A stretch of 56,709 bases of DNA from NCBI GenBank assembly GCA_044356455.1, contig JBIKWF010000014.1:1-56709 (forward strand), given 5' to 3'. The position numbers and the translations under genes were made by a program. The notes under the pieces were generated by a model. It made no database searches, had not been told where the DNA came from, and was given only the letters and a program-made list of their open reading frames with translations. Origin of the DNA: Bdellovibrionota bacterium. GTDB taxonomy: Bacteria > Bdellovibrionota_C > UBA2361 > JBGSMV01. This document shows positions 39,040 through 49,189 of the stretch, piece after piece; the first letter of the stretch is position 1; each line of letters opens with the position of its first letter.

Positions 39040-41163
39040 TTAGGATGGAGCCGCAGCGACGACGAGCAGCAGCTGTCCTGACTGGATAACTTGGCCTGGC
39101 TCAGCCAGCACCTTTTGCACCTGTCCCTTTATCCCAGCTTGAATCCGATGTTCCATTTTCATCGATTCAATGACGACGACGATGGAGTCTGCCTCTACAC
39201 AATCTCCAACCTTGGTTTTGACTTCAAGCACCTTGCCTGGCAGGTGTGAAAGCACTTCCCCTGCATGTGCCTTGGCACTTGCTTCCGAAGTTCTTAAGGC
39301 AGGCTGAGTTCTCGTGACTAGAAACGAGCCCTGGGGAAGGTGGACCCACCAATCAGTGCCGTGGCCGGCTACCTTGGCGGCAAAGCTCTTGCCCGCAATT
39401 CGAAGCTCTACCTCATTTGGTCCACGCCGGCTAAAGAGCAGCTGGGCCCCATGGTGCCCATGGGGGGAGGGGTGAGGCGTGCCCGAAGACCCCGTAATGA
39501 GGACCTCCGAAAGTCTTAAGGATCGTTCGTTCTCTACCTCTGCCTGGACAGAAAATTTTGTCCCGGAAAGCCGAAACTCGCCCGTGATGGAGCCCCGGCC
39601 ATGAAGCCTAAAGCCTCGAAGCGAATTCCAAGGATCTGTGTTTCCCGTCGCAAGAGAAGGAGCAAATTGAGAAGGAGCGATTTGGTGAGCGAGCACTGAA
39701 AGGACGGAGTGAAACTGCGCTTCCTCCGTCTCGGCAGTGGTTGGAACAAGAGTGGCGGCAAGATTTATCTCATGTGAAACGTCACGGAACGAAGAATGAC
39801 CTACCAGGTGCGAGAGGAAGCCACGGTTTACGCGTACTCCTTCAACTTGCACTTGTGAGAGGACGCTGCTCATGGCGTGGAGCGCTTCAAGACGCGTAGG
39901 GGCGTGGACAATAAGTTTGGCGAGCAGGGAATCATAAAAGTGAGTGACCGTGTCTCCCGTCTCAAAACCTGTATCAACTCGCAGCGAAGCTTCAGGAGAG
40001 TTCTCCCTTAGCGTGGAGGAATGAAGGGAAAAGGCAAGCAGTTTCCCCGTTGATGCGACAAACTGCTCCTCGGGGATCTCGGCGCAGAGCCTGGCTTCAA
40101 GTGCCGCGCCCTGCGGCGCGGTGAGCCCTTGAGGAAGAAGGTCTTTTAGTGAGCGCCCTTCGGCTACTCCGATTTGTAGAGCCACTAGGTCCACACCAAA
40201 AAGAGCCTCCGTTACCGGATGTTCAACTTGAAGACGACTATTCACCTCGAGGAAATAAAATCGGCCGTCGGGCGCCAGGAGAAACTCAACCGTGCCGGCA
40301 TTCGAATACCCGGCTTCTTTCATGAGTCTCACTGCAGCAGCATGGATCTCAGAGCGTAGTGATTCCGGCAAGCCGGGTGCGGGGGCCTCTTCTAACACCT
40401 TTTGATGGTTGCGCTGCATAGTGCAGTCGCGATCGTAAAAGTGCATGACGTTCCCATGCGAATCGCCAAGGATCTGAACCTCGATATGGCGAGCCCGTTC
40501 TACCAATTTCTCGCAAAATACTCGGCCGTCTTTAAAGAAATTCTTTGCCTCTCGTGAGGCGCTTACAAGCGCTTCTTCGAGGGCCGAAGGCTCGAAAACT
40601 TTGCGCATGCCGCGCCCACCGCCACCGCCTGCGGCCTTAACGATAAGAGGGAAGCCTTCTTCCTTAATAAAGTTCGCAAGGGCAAGGTCCGACTCTTTGT
40701 CGTGGGGAATTATTTCCACGCTTGGAGCCATTGGCACGTTCGCTCGTCGCGCAATTTTTTTAGCAGAGAGTTTATCGCCCACAAGACGCATGGACGCCGG
40801 GCTTGGACCTATGAAGCGCATGCCTGCGTTGGTTACAAGTTCGGCGAATCCTGAATTCTCAGAGAGGAAACCATATCCTGGATGGATAGCGTCTGCGCGG
40901 CGCTCTTTTGCGGCCGCAAGCACTGCGTCCGAGTTTAAATACGATCGCACCGATTCTGCTTCGCCAATACAAACCGCTTCATCGGCCAGGCGCACATGAC
41001 GGGCATATCTGTCAGCTTCTGAGAACACGGCAATGGTATGTATGCCTTGCTCTTGGCAGGTGCGAATAATACGGCACGCAATCTCGCCTCTATTGGCGAT
41101 GAGTACTCGCGTGATGGGTTGTACCTTAATGGCAGGGGGTGACTTTTGCAGAGATGCTTTCAT
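39040..41163 (-). CDS. Biotin-dependent acyl-CoA carboxylase alpha subunit (likely methylcrotonyl-CoA carboxylase)
   Basis: LIANRGEIA, HPGYGFLSEN, GGGGRGMR, RDCTMQRNHQK, EVNSRLQVEHPVTE, biotinyl motif ESMKME; adjacent to the beta subunit. Confidence 0.92.
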   Translation of the reverse strand: MKASLQKSPPAIKVQPITRVLIANRGEIACRIIRTCQEQGIHTIAVFSEADRYARHVRLADEAVCIGEAESVRSYLNSDAVLAAAKERRADAIHPGYGFLSENSGFAELVTNAGMRFIGPSPASMRLVGDKLSAKKIARRANVPMAPSVEIIPHDKESDLALANFIKEEGFPLIVKAAGGGGGRGMRKVFEPSALEEALVSASREAKNFFKDGRVFCEKLVERARHIEVQILGDSHGNVMHFYDRDCTMQRNHQKVLEEAPAPGLPESLRSEIHAAAVRLMKEAGYSNAGTVEFLLAPDGRFYFLEVNSRLQVEHPVTEALFGVDLVALQIGVAEGRSLKDLLPQGLTAPQGAALEARLCAEIPEEQFVASTGKLLAFSLHSSTLRENSPEASLRVDTGFETGDTVTHFYDSLLAKLIVHAPTRLEALHAMSSVLSQVQVEGVRVNRGFLSHLVGHSSFRDVSHEINLAATLVPTTAETEEAQFHSVLSVLAHQIAPSQFAPSLATGNTDPWNSLRGFRLHGRGSITGEFRLSGTKFSVQAEVENERSLRLSEVLITGSSGTPHPSPHGHHGAQLLFSRRGPNEVELRIAGKSFAAKVAGHGTDWWVHLPQGSFLVTRTQPALRTSEASAKAHAGEVLSHLPGKVLEVKTKVGDCVEADSIVVVIESMKMEHRIQAGIKGQVQKVLAEPGQVIQSGQLLLVVAAAPS

Positions 41164-41171
41164 ACGGTACG

Positions 41172-42788
41172 TTACATTCTAAAGATGCCAAAATCAGAGG
41201 GAGCTGCATTCTCGACCCAAGGTGCGTTCATGCTTGCGCTGATGCCTAAGGCGAGAAGAGCGCGAGTATGGAGAGGATTGATTACGCCATCGTCCCAAAG
41301 ACGCGCAGTAGAGAAGTATGCGCTGGCCTGGTCATTATAACGGGCCTCGATCTCTTTCCGGTACGCCTCTAGCTCTGACTCTGGTACGGCCTCTTTTCGC
41401 TGGAGGTATCCCTCTCGCTTTACTTGCGTGAGTACGCTCGCCGCTTGTTCAGGCCCCATGACGGAAATGCGCGATTGCGGCCACATAAAAAGCATGCGCG
41501 GTTGAAATGCGCGTCCTGCCATTCCGTAGTTGCCTGCGCCGAATGAGCCGCCCATGACGACGGTGAACTTTGGAACGCTGCAACAGGAAACAGCCGTTAC
41601 AAGCTTTGCGCCGTGTTTCGCGATGCCGCCATGCTCGTATTCTTTGCCCACCATAAAGCCGACGATATTCTGCAGGAACACGAGGGGAATGCGTCTTTGG
41701 TTGCAGAGCTCAATAAAGTGCGCCGCTTTTACAGCGCTCTCGGCAAAGAGAATGCCGTCATTTGCCACAACTCCAACGAGAATGCCCTCGATGCGTGCGA
41801 ACCCGCAAATAATTGAAGTGCCATAGAGCTTCTTAAACTCATCGAGCTCGCTGCGGTCGAGAATGCGGGCCAGCATCTCTCGCATGGGAAAATATTTTTT
41901 GCTTTCTGTTGGAATAAGTCCCAAGAGTTCATTGGGATCATACGCAGGAAGTTCAGGAGCGCAGATGTCGTGACGCGTTTTCTGGAAGGCCCCAAGGTTG
42001 GCTACAATGCGCCGGCAAAGTTCAAGAGCGTCTAGATCATCTTCTGCGAAATGGTCAGTAACTCCACTGATGCGGCAATGTACGTCTGCGCCGCCGAGAG
42101 CCTCTGCGGTGATCTCTTCTCCGGTGGCTGCTTTCACGAGGGGAGGGCCGCCAAGAAAGATCGTGCCCTGCTCGCGAACGATAATTGCTTCGTCGCTCAT
42201 CGCCGGAACGTAAGCGCCGCCCGCCGTGCAGGATCCCATGACCACTGCAATTTGCGGAATTCTGAGCGCGCTCATGCGAGCTTGGTTATAAAAAATGCGG
42301 CCAAAGTGTTCGCGGTCAGGGAAGACTTGATCTTGTAGGGGCAAGAAGGCACCGCCTGAATCCACGAGATAGACGCACGGGAGCCTATTCTCAAGCGCAA
42401 TTTCCTGTGCGCGTAAATGCTTCTTCACGGTAAGGGGAAAATAAGTCCCGCCTTTTACGGTGGCATCGTTTGCTACAATCATGCACTCGCGGCCACTAAT
42501 GCGGCCAATTCCCGTGATGAGACCCGCCCCTGGTCGAACTCCTTCATAAAGTCCAAGTCCCGCTAACGGAGCAATTTCTAGAAAAGCGCTTCCTGGGTCG
42601 AGTAAGCGCTCTACGCGTTCCCTCGCGAGAAGTTTTCCGCGCTTTTTATGTCTGACGATAGAAGGATCGTCCGAGGCGCCCGCAGCGCCCTTAAGGTGGC
42701 CATCCAATTCGCCAAGCAGCGTCTCCATGCGGGCGCGGTTGGCACGAAATTCAGCACTGTCTGTTCGCAGGTGGGAGGTCAATTTCAT
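41172..42788 (-). CDS. Methylcrotonyl-CoA carboxylase beta (carboxyltransferase) subunit
   Basis: [75 protein letters not shown]. Confidence 0.93.
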   Translation of the reverse strand: MKLTSHLRTDSAEFRANRARMETLLGELDGHLKGAAGASDDPSIVRHKKRGKLLARERVERLLDPGSAFLEIAPLAGLGLYEGVRPGAGLITGIGRISGRECMIVANDATVKGGTYFPLTVKKHLRAQEIALENRLPCVYLVDSGGAFLPLQDQVFPDREHFGRIFYNQARMSALRIPQIAVVMGSCTAGGAYVPAMSDEAIIVREQGTIFLGGPPLVKAATGEEITAEALGGADVHCRISGVTDHFAEDDLDALELCRRIVANLGAFQKTRHDICAPELPAYDPNELLGLIPTESKKYFPMREMLARILDRSELDEFKKLYGTSIICGFARIEGILVGVVANDGILFAESAVKAAHFIELCNQRRIPLVFLQNIVGFMVGKEYEHGGIAKHGAKLVTAVSCCSVPKFTVVMGGSFGAGNYGMAGRAFQPRMLFMWPQSRISVMGPEQAASVLTQVKREGYLQRKEAVPESELEAYRKEIEARYNDQASAYFSTARLWDDGVINPLHTRALLALGISASMNAPWVENAAPSDFGIFRM

Positions 42789-43054
42789 AGAGTTCTCGGC
42801 CTGTTAGCTAGCGATAGCCTAGCCTCACTCGGGCGCTGTTTGCAACGATTTTGCGTCCCTTTGCAACACTTGGGCAAATGCTGCATCCCAATGAAACATG
42901 GGTCGAATATCCATGGAGTAGCGCAGCCGTAAACACGGACGGCAGCCTTAGGTCCAAGATCTCTCGGTTTGTAGCAGGTTTTTCCCACGTCGCCTCATTC
43001 TCTGCGAGCAAAGAGCTCGCTGAGGAACCATCTGTTCACTTTTACGAGGGTTTT

Positions 43055-43723
43055 ATGGATTCACCACGCAGTAATGACCGTAGTAGCTCTGCATCCCATG
43101 GCTCTGATTTCGCCCACCGCCGAAGGCATCCTGCTCGCGCGACCTCCCTTGCTCCCGCCAGCGCGCCAGTCGCCCCCTCACAGTCCTCGCCAGGTGCAGC
43201 TTCTCAGGACGGCAGCACAACATTTGCTAGTCTGCGTGGAGTAGGGGCTGGCAGTTCAAGGCTCCCGTTTGCACTTGCTGCGGACCACCCCGTTTCAGTG
43301 ATTCGAGATGAGCTCAGGGGACTTTACGAGCAGCTTGATTCCTTTATTGAAACCAATTCAGTGCGTCCCCATCCAGGTTTTGGCTTCAAGGCGGTGGCCC
43401 TTCCCGCGGTAGAGGCGGAGCCGCTCATTTCGCGCTGCAATCAAGTGCTGACGGCGCTTAACAAGGTCATCTATACGCCAGCACTCGATGCCCTTATGGT
43501 CCAGTCTCATCAGATGGCCAATGACCTAAAGATGCAGATTCTCGGATTTCGAAAGTTTCTCGCAAACCCGCATTTTTCTGGCGGAGTTCCAGAGGACCAC
43601 GTAGAGAGCCTGCTTCAAAACTCAATTATCTTTCAGCGGGTGATTTCGGATCCCATGAATGACGCGACAAGTCTCGCGTTAGGGGTTTCGGTGCGCCGTG
43701 GGCCTGCGCCGTCTTCTGAATAA
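43055..43723 (+). CDS. Hypothetical protein
   Basis: ATG 43055 with GAGGG RBS, in frame with the listed ORF; Ser/Pro/Ala-rich N-terminus, helical C-terminus. Confidence 0.55.
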   Translation: MDSPRSNDRSSSASHGSDFAHRRRHPARATSLAPASAPVAPSQSSPGAASQDGSTTFASLRGVGAGSSRLPFALAADHPVSVIRDELRGLYEQLDSFIETNSVRPHPGFGFKAVALPAVEAEPLISRCNQVLTALNKVIYTPALDALMVQSHQMANDLKMQILGFRKFLANPHFSGGVPEDHVESLLQNSIIFQRVISDPMNDATSLALGVSVRRGPAPSSE

Positions 43724-43755
43724 AAACTTCGGGACCGCGGTTTTTTTGGAGGCCG

Positions 43756-43820
43756 CTAGGGAGCCTCTGAAAAATAGGACAGAAGAAGGTCAACTTCTAG
43801 ATTTTTCAGAGATTCCTTAA
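43756..43820. repeat. MITE-like element, copy E (short)
   Basis: CTAG-GGAGCCTCTGAAAAAT ... ATTTTTCAGAGATTCC-TTAA. Confidence 0.7.
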
Positions 43821-43992
43821 GAATCGATTGGCACGGGAGGTGACCTTTCACCTTTCGTTTTCCCCGTGTGCGTGAATCGGAGCATAGGAAAATAAATCTA
43901 ACTATCCGAGTAGATAACGGAGCGAGTCGTGAGGCAGCGCTCGTGGTTGAAGCTGTCTGAGATTTGATGGTGTAAGCGGGGGAGCGGCCCTG

Positions 43993-46900
43993 TTAGTAGC
44001 TTCTTATCACAAGCAGCGGCTTATCTAATTTGTGATTGTTGTAGACACACTGGTCAGGATTTTGAATGCGGCGCCTTTCACCCTTTCCGTAGGTATCAAA
44101 AACGTGATGCACAACTTCTGGGCGGTTACTGAGGGCTCCTCCTGCAAAATTCTCATCAGGTACGAGGATGCTTTGAAAGGGAACTAAGGGCCTTAGTTCC
44201 TCGAGGTACTGAACGGCGCGTTCAAAGAGAGAGCCTGAATCAAGTATACTGGAAGAGGACCCTGCGGGATTAAATCCCCTTAAGATGAGACAAGGATTCC
44301 CATCAATGTCCTTGGCTTGGAACACAATAGAGCAGCCTTTAAAGAAGGGGTCTTTTAGAGAAGCCTTCTCATCTGCAAACGCAAGGCATGCGGCTCTTCT
44401 TGAAACCTGTCTAACGCCAGTAGCGCAGGTATTTGCAAGGTATCCCGCATATTCGAGCTCAAACCCTTGTGAGAGGTAAAAAGTAATACCGGTAGATTTT
44501 AGATCTTCTGAGGATGGCATTCTACAGGAGCGGATTAAGTGCTCTAGCGTGGAGAGCCTAAACACACCATCCATTAGACGGTTTACTCCCTTCTGATTTG
44601 GGAAGTCGCTTAGCCTTTTTTTCCAGATCTGAGAAGCGTTTGAAAGAATATCCAGCATGTTGCCAGCGCGCTCAAAGGCTTTGCTGCCTCCCTCCGCCTG
44701 CCCCAAATAAAAGGAGGCTCTTGCGCCAATAGATTGAGAGGCAATTAGCGCGCGCCGCATTTCACGAACAAACGTTTGTTCGCTATCTCTAATGCTAGGA
44801 AGATTTGAGGCCACGCGCACGGATTCCTCCATTGAGGAGGCATTTTGAAGGGCGTCCTCACATCCGGAAAGCCTATCAAGAAGAGAGAGCACTACCTTTT
44901 CCGGCATCCCCTGAGCATTAGCTGTGATTTTGAAGCGTGACTGAAGCACCTGCTGCTTTGTGACCTGCTGAGCAATGAGGAATGCATCTTCACTTGTCAG
45001 CTCCATCGCTAAATGTATGTCGATAGCTATCTCTTCGATGAGCTCCAGTTCTTCTTTAGTTGGAAGGCGGTGGGGAGAAGCAGCCGAAACATGAAGGATT
45101 TTCGGCAAAGCATTAAGCGCGGTGCCCCAAAGGTTGCCGCCTCCCTGCTCAGCCTCCTCTTCGACACGCGCATGGTTATGAAGACTATGTGCACGCCTAG
45201 CCCCTACTGCATTTCTCGTTTCAATTTGATAAGTGGCCTTGCCGTGCTCAATGAGCTTTCTAAAGAAGTTCTCGGACATTCTGCCCTCGAATAGGAGGCT
45301 TGGATCGCGGTTAATGGGTTTGCCCCTTATCTTGGTCCAAAAAGAATGCCGCTTATCTTCTACTGATTTGTAAAATCCCTCTGAACTCGAGGTGCTGAGC
45401 TTGAAACCAGGCTCAGATGCCTGTGCGAGCTGAATGCCAAGCGTGGCAGAAATTCCTGAAGCTAATGCAGCTTCTCTGAGCTCTTTGTAGTCTCCGCCCA
45501 GTTGGCTAAGAAACTCCCCCGTTATCGCTGCCTCAACCGATAGGAACTTGAGCTGCGCACTGCTGGAGCTAGTGTCGCGCACCCTTCCTCGGGAGTCCCA
45601 CCCTGGATTAAAAGAGGCGACTACGTGAAAAAAGTCCTCTCGTTCTTGCTCAGAGGTTAACGCACAAGAAGCCTCGTCAACAATCTTTAGCCCTGTGATG
45701 ATAGGTGTGAAGGCAGATGTCGTGTACTGAAACATTCTGCGGAGCCGACGCAAGAGGCCTGATTTTACAAGCTGCACTTTACTCAAATGCTTTAATGGCA
45801 AGGTTGAGAAGAACTCCTTTTCAGCCTCTGAAAGCCGCGGAAAGCTGCCCCACTTTTCTTCCAGCTCATTCTCTACATGAGCCAAGAACCTCTCATCTTT
45901 GCCAGCAATTAGCTGGGCAGTGGCCCCAGAGAAGGAGCCAAGTTGCACAGAATCACTATACCTAGCTACGACATAATCCATGAGCTGTGCGCTTGCTTTC
46001 TGGTAGAGTATTTTCTGAACTTTGGGAGAGTCCATGGCGCCGCTCTGGCGCGTCGCGCCCGTAACCTCGAAAAATCGCATCGGGTCTCTGAACGAATTTA
46101 GGGCAGAGACGAAATCAGACTCAGATGGACTTACACTTCTCTCTGAGTTCAGATGGCGAGCATCTACAAATGTTCTAAGAAGCCCTGGGAACTCAGCCCA
46201 AAGCGCGCCAGTTACCTTTGGTGGCAGTCCCGTCCTTGCGGCGAGGCTTGGAATCACCCCCGCATAGCTTTCAATTTCTGAAATTATCTCATAGGGCTGA
46301 ATCGCTCTCTGCTCTTCGCCCGCTAGGTTTTCAACTACAAGCCCTATGAGGGGAAGTGAAACTATGCCGCCGTCGTGCATGAGCTTATCAAGCCGCTGAG
46401 CGTCCCTTAAGAAAAATTGAAGCTCTTCAAAAATAACTTCCGAAGGAAAGGGCACCCTTCTATCTACGGCCCGGCTGAGGCACTTTAATGCTTCACTTTC
46501 ATGCCCTACTGCTCGCTGAACGAAGTCTCCAAGAGACTTGCGGAGCTCCAGCACGCCATTCGGCGAAAAACCCTGGGTCTTTAGGTCAGAATTGCAGCGA
46601 GAAAATACCTTTTCAACTTGAGACCCTCCCCAAGGACCAAAATAAAGCTCTGCTTGAGAGCTGCTAATGGCGCCTCTTGCATATTCAAAGACAAGGCCAA
46701 CGGGGGGCGGTGTGAAAAACTGCTCTTCTCTAACCTTAAGCTCACGGGTGAAATAGTCATCAAGCCACTTAAGACCTCCAGGCTCGGCGCTAAGAATCTC
46801 AACAACAATTTCTGCCTGCCTGAGGTTGAAGGCTGCAAGGAGAGCATCTCTGTGATCTCCGTTAACAAGTTTAGCCCCAAGAGCAACATATCTATCGATA

Positions 46901-47250
46901 TATTCCTTGGCGCCAATTCTTATCTCCTGCAGGCTAGAGCTATTCCCAAGCCTCGCATTGTGGTGTTGGGCAAGGGTATCTCGCGCAAGAGTCTTAGCTC
47001 TTCGGCTGTCCATTCCGGCTTGTCGCGCGGTCTTTTCTAGACTCTTATGCTGGTCCTCCTCGGTACCCGAGTTTGAAGTGCTAAGGCTATAGTATGCAGG
47101 AGGAGGAGGTTTTCTTAGAAGTGGGGAGGGAGCGGGACCGACGAGTCTGGTCCAGTAATCAAGCGAGTCGCGGGGGTCCCGAATAATTTTAATGCGTGGG
47201 CGCTCTTGCCTGTTGAGGCCTTTTTTCTTGGGGTCCTGAGGCGAGGCCAT
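43993..47250 (-). CDS. Large hypothetical protein
   Basis: 1085-aa ORF; basic/Pro-rich N-terminus, helical body, alpha/beta C-terminal domain; no signal peptide. Confidence 0.75.
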   Translation of the reverse strand: MASPQDPKKKGLNRQERPRIKIIRDPRDSLDYWTRLVGPAPSPLLRKPPPPAYYSLSTSNSGTEEDQHKSLEKTARQAGMDSRRAKTLARDTLAQHHNARLGNSSSLQEIRIGAKEYIDRYVALGAKLVNGDHRDALLAAFNLRQAEIVVEILSAEPGGLKWLDDYFTRELKVREEQFFTPPPVGLVFEYARGAISSSQAELYFGPWGGSQVEKVFSRCNSDLKTQGFSPNGVLELRKSLGDFVQRAVGHESEALKCLSRAVDRRVPFPSEVIFEELQFFLRDAQRLDKLMHDGGIVSLPLIGLVVENLAGEEQRAIQPYEIISEIESYAGVIPSLAARTGLPPKVTGALWAEFPGLLRTFVDARHLNSERSVSPSESDFVSALNSFRDPMRFFEVTGATRQSGAMDSPKVQKILYQKASAQLMDYVVARYSDSVQLGSFSGATAQLIAGKDERFLAHVENELEEKWGSFPRLSEAEKEFFSTLPLKHLSKVQLVKSGLLRRLRRMFQYTTSAFTPIITGLKIVDEASCALTSEQEREDFFHVVASFNPGWDSRGRVRDTSSSSAQLKFLSVEAAITGEFLSQLGGDYKELREAALASGISATLGIQLAQASEPGFKLSTSSSEGFYKSVEDKRHSFWTKIRGKPINRDPSLLFEGRMSENFFRKLIEHGKATYQIETRNAVGARRAHSLHNHARVEEEAEQGGGNLWGTALNALPKILHVSAASPHRLPTKEELELIEEIAIDIHLAMELTSEDAFLIAQQVTKQQVLQSRFKITANAQGMPEKVVLSLLDRLSGCEDALQNASSMEESVRVASNLPSIRDSEQTFVREMRRALIASQSIGARASFYLGQAEGGSKAFERAGNMLDILSNASQIWKKRLSDFPNQKGVNRLMDGVFRLSTLEHLIRSCRMPSSEDLKSTGITFYLSQGFELEYAGYLANTCATGVRQVSRRAACLAFADEKASLKDPFFKGCSIVFQAKDIDGNPCLILRGFNPAGSSSSILDSGSLFERAVQYLEELRPLVPFQSILVPDENFAGGALSNRPEVVHHVFDTYGKGERRRIQNPDQCVYNNHKLDKPLLVIRSY

Positions 47251-47338
47251 AAAAGCTCGAGAAAAAGAGGAGAGAAAGAAGAATAAAGGGGCTCCAGCAG
47301 CTACTCAACCTTGAGAAAGAATCTTTAAGGGTGAGAGG

Positions 47339-47473
47339 TCACTGGGACACCCACTTGCTCCAGGCTCGTCGCGCGCAAGTAATCCTGTATCTTATCGTTT
47401 CAAGGGGTTGTACCGGAGAGCAGAGGCTTCCGGGCGGGTCAGATACCAATGAGTGGGTGTCCAAGAGGTGTTC
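47339..47473. repeat. About 135-bp palindromic repeat unit, copy 1
   Basis: TGGGACACCCACT ... AGTGGGTGTCCAAGAGGTGTTC; colinear with 49055-49188. Confidence 0.85.
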
Positions 47474-47637
47474 CTTTACTGTTCCTTTGCTGAGCCTGTA
47501 GTCGGAGAAATCACTCAAGCGAGGCCTATAACTATCCGAATGGATTACGGTAAGGGTAGAGCCGAGCAGTCCTCTCATGCGCGCGACAGCGGAGTGCGGA
47601 GATATCTGAGCTTTGAGGGATTTTAGCTATTGCTGGG

Positions 47638-49050
47638 GTGGCAACGATGGATGCAAAGGGATTCAAATCTCAGGGGGCGGTTTGCCTATGCCTCACTTTG
47701 CAGATCCTCTTTGGGCAGATGGTATTTGCGCAAAGCCAGACATCTTGGGAAGAAGCAGAGGCAACCCAGAAAGCGCCGCTCGAGTCGAATGTCTCCAGTC
47801 TCCCCCAGCCTCAGGCCGTTTACCCCTTTCCTTCTCCCGGAGGATCTGTCGAGTGGCAATCGAAAACTCCATCCACCAGCACTACTTCATCGGGAGTTGA
47901 TTGCCGCACGATCCCAAAGCTCGTAAGTGAATATCAAAAAAACGCTCGCAGCGGAGGAAGAAGCTCATGGAGTGATGCCTGGGAGTCTCTGATGGAGAAG
48001 CAAAGCCTTGGAGAGCCCCCTCGACCTTGGTGCAAAGACCTGAGTGACAGCCCCGCGTACATCTGTCCGAGTAGTAACCAGTTCCTGATCGCATGTGACG
48101 GCAGGTTCCCCTGGGGAGGAAATTGTCCAGACGGCATGCATTGCAGCTCCTACAACGTCTGCGTCTCAGGGAACGAGACCGGAACGATGCCATCTGACCG
48201 AGTGCTGTGTGACCGCTATCATCAGTGCCTGGATCCCTTCAAGGTCTGCGACGGTATCTTTTGCAGAGATAGCTTCAATGGTTCCGCCTGTCGCAGCAAT
48301 CGAGATTGCCCAGCCAACGCGGAATGTCGCAGGCTAAATGTGGATAATGAGGAGCCTTCGCCAGGGTATCCCTTCATAGGTATTTGCAGACAAGAAAGCA
48401 TGCCGGATGAGTGCATCTCTGATTCGGAATGTGGCTGGGGCAATTACTGTGACTGGGATTCTATGAAATGCAAGAAAAGGGGCCGTGTGACCGACCCTTG
48501 CGAGTCAAGAGGTGAGCTTCGAGATCGTGGCGTGAACTCAACCTGTCTGCCGCCTCTTCGCTGCGTGTCAGGCAGCTGTACGAACTTACCTCTCGTACTC
48601 AATGAAGGAGATAGGTGTGTTCCTGCGTCACCGCACTACGAAGATCCTGATTACTCACTTGATGCGTACTGCGACAAAGGACTCGTGTGTGGGCACGACA
48701 ATCGCTGTCGACGAATGATTGGGCCCAGTGATATCTACCTATGTAATGAGGAAGCATCGACGACGCCCTGTAGGCAGCGCTGCGAGAGCCTCTGTTACTC
48801 GGGCAGTTGCATATTGATTCGCGTGCCACCAGAGGACCCGGATGGCGAACAGCGTCGTCACTACTTATGCCGTGCTATCGAGCTCGATGGCGAATGCTCT
48901 CCTCCGTCGGCCCCCTATACGCGTAGGCGAGGGTGTGCTCGAGGGCAATACTGCGTGCCGGACAACTGGCAAAGTGACCCATATTACCCCTCTAATCGAT
49001 GGCGCTGCACTACTATCCCAGGACTACCCCCTCAATCGACCGGCAGATGA
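47638..49050 (+). CDS. Secreted cysteine-rich repeat protein
   Basis: Signal-like N-terminus (QMVFA); many CxxxxxC modules (CRSNRDCPANAEC, CISDSECGWGNYC, CDKGLVC). Confidence 0.75.
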   Translation: MATMDAKGFKSQGAVCLCLTLQILFGQMVFAQSQTSWEEAEATQKAPLESNVSSLPQPQAVYPFPSPGGSVEWQSKTPSTSTTSSGVDCRTIPKLVSEYQKNARSGGRSSWSDAWESLMEKQSLGEPPRPWCKDLSDSPAYICPSSNQFLIACDGRFPWGGNCPDGMHCSSYNVCVSGNETGTMPSDRVLCDRYHQCLDPFKVCDGIFCRDSFNGSACRSNRDCPANAECRRLNVDNEEPSPGYPFIGICRQESMPDECISDSECGWGNYCDWDSMKCKKRGRVTDPCESRGELRDRGVNSTCLPPLRCVSGSCTNLPLVLNEGDRCVPASPHYEDPDYSLDAYCDKGLVCGHDNRCRRMIGPSDIYLCNEEASTTPCRQRCESLCYSGSCILIRVPPEDPDGEQRRHYLCRAIELDGECSPPSAPYTRRRGCARGQYCVPDNWQSDPYYPSNRWRCTTIPGLPPQSTGR

Positions 49051-49054
49051 TGAG

Positions 49055-49188
49055 TCATTGGGACACCCACTTTGTTCAAGCTCGTCGCGCGCAAGCAACC
49101 TTGTATCTTGTCCATACAAGGAGATGTAACGGCTAGCCGAGGCCTCCGGAGGTTTCTGATGCATAGAGTGGGTGTCCAAGAGGTGTTC
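49055..49188. repeat. About 135-bp palindromic repeat unit, copy 2
   Basis: Starts 4 bp after the Cys-rich gene stop; shares ends and the GCTCGTCGCGCGCAAG core with copy 1. Confidence 0.85.
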
Positions 49189-49189
49189 T

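Noticed and set aside
47339..49188. CRISPR array or canonical integron attC sites
   Set aside because: Only two long units 1.6 kb apart, no cas or intI gene, and no clear RYYYAAC/GTTRRRY boxes
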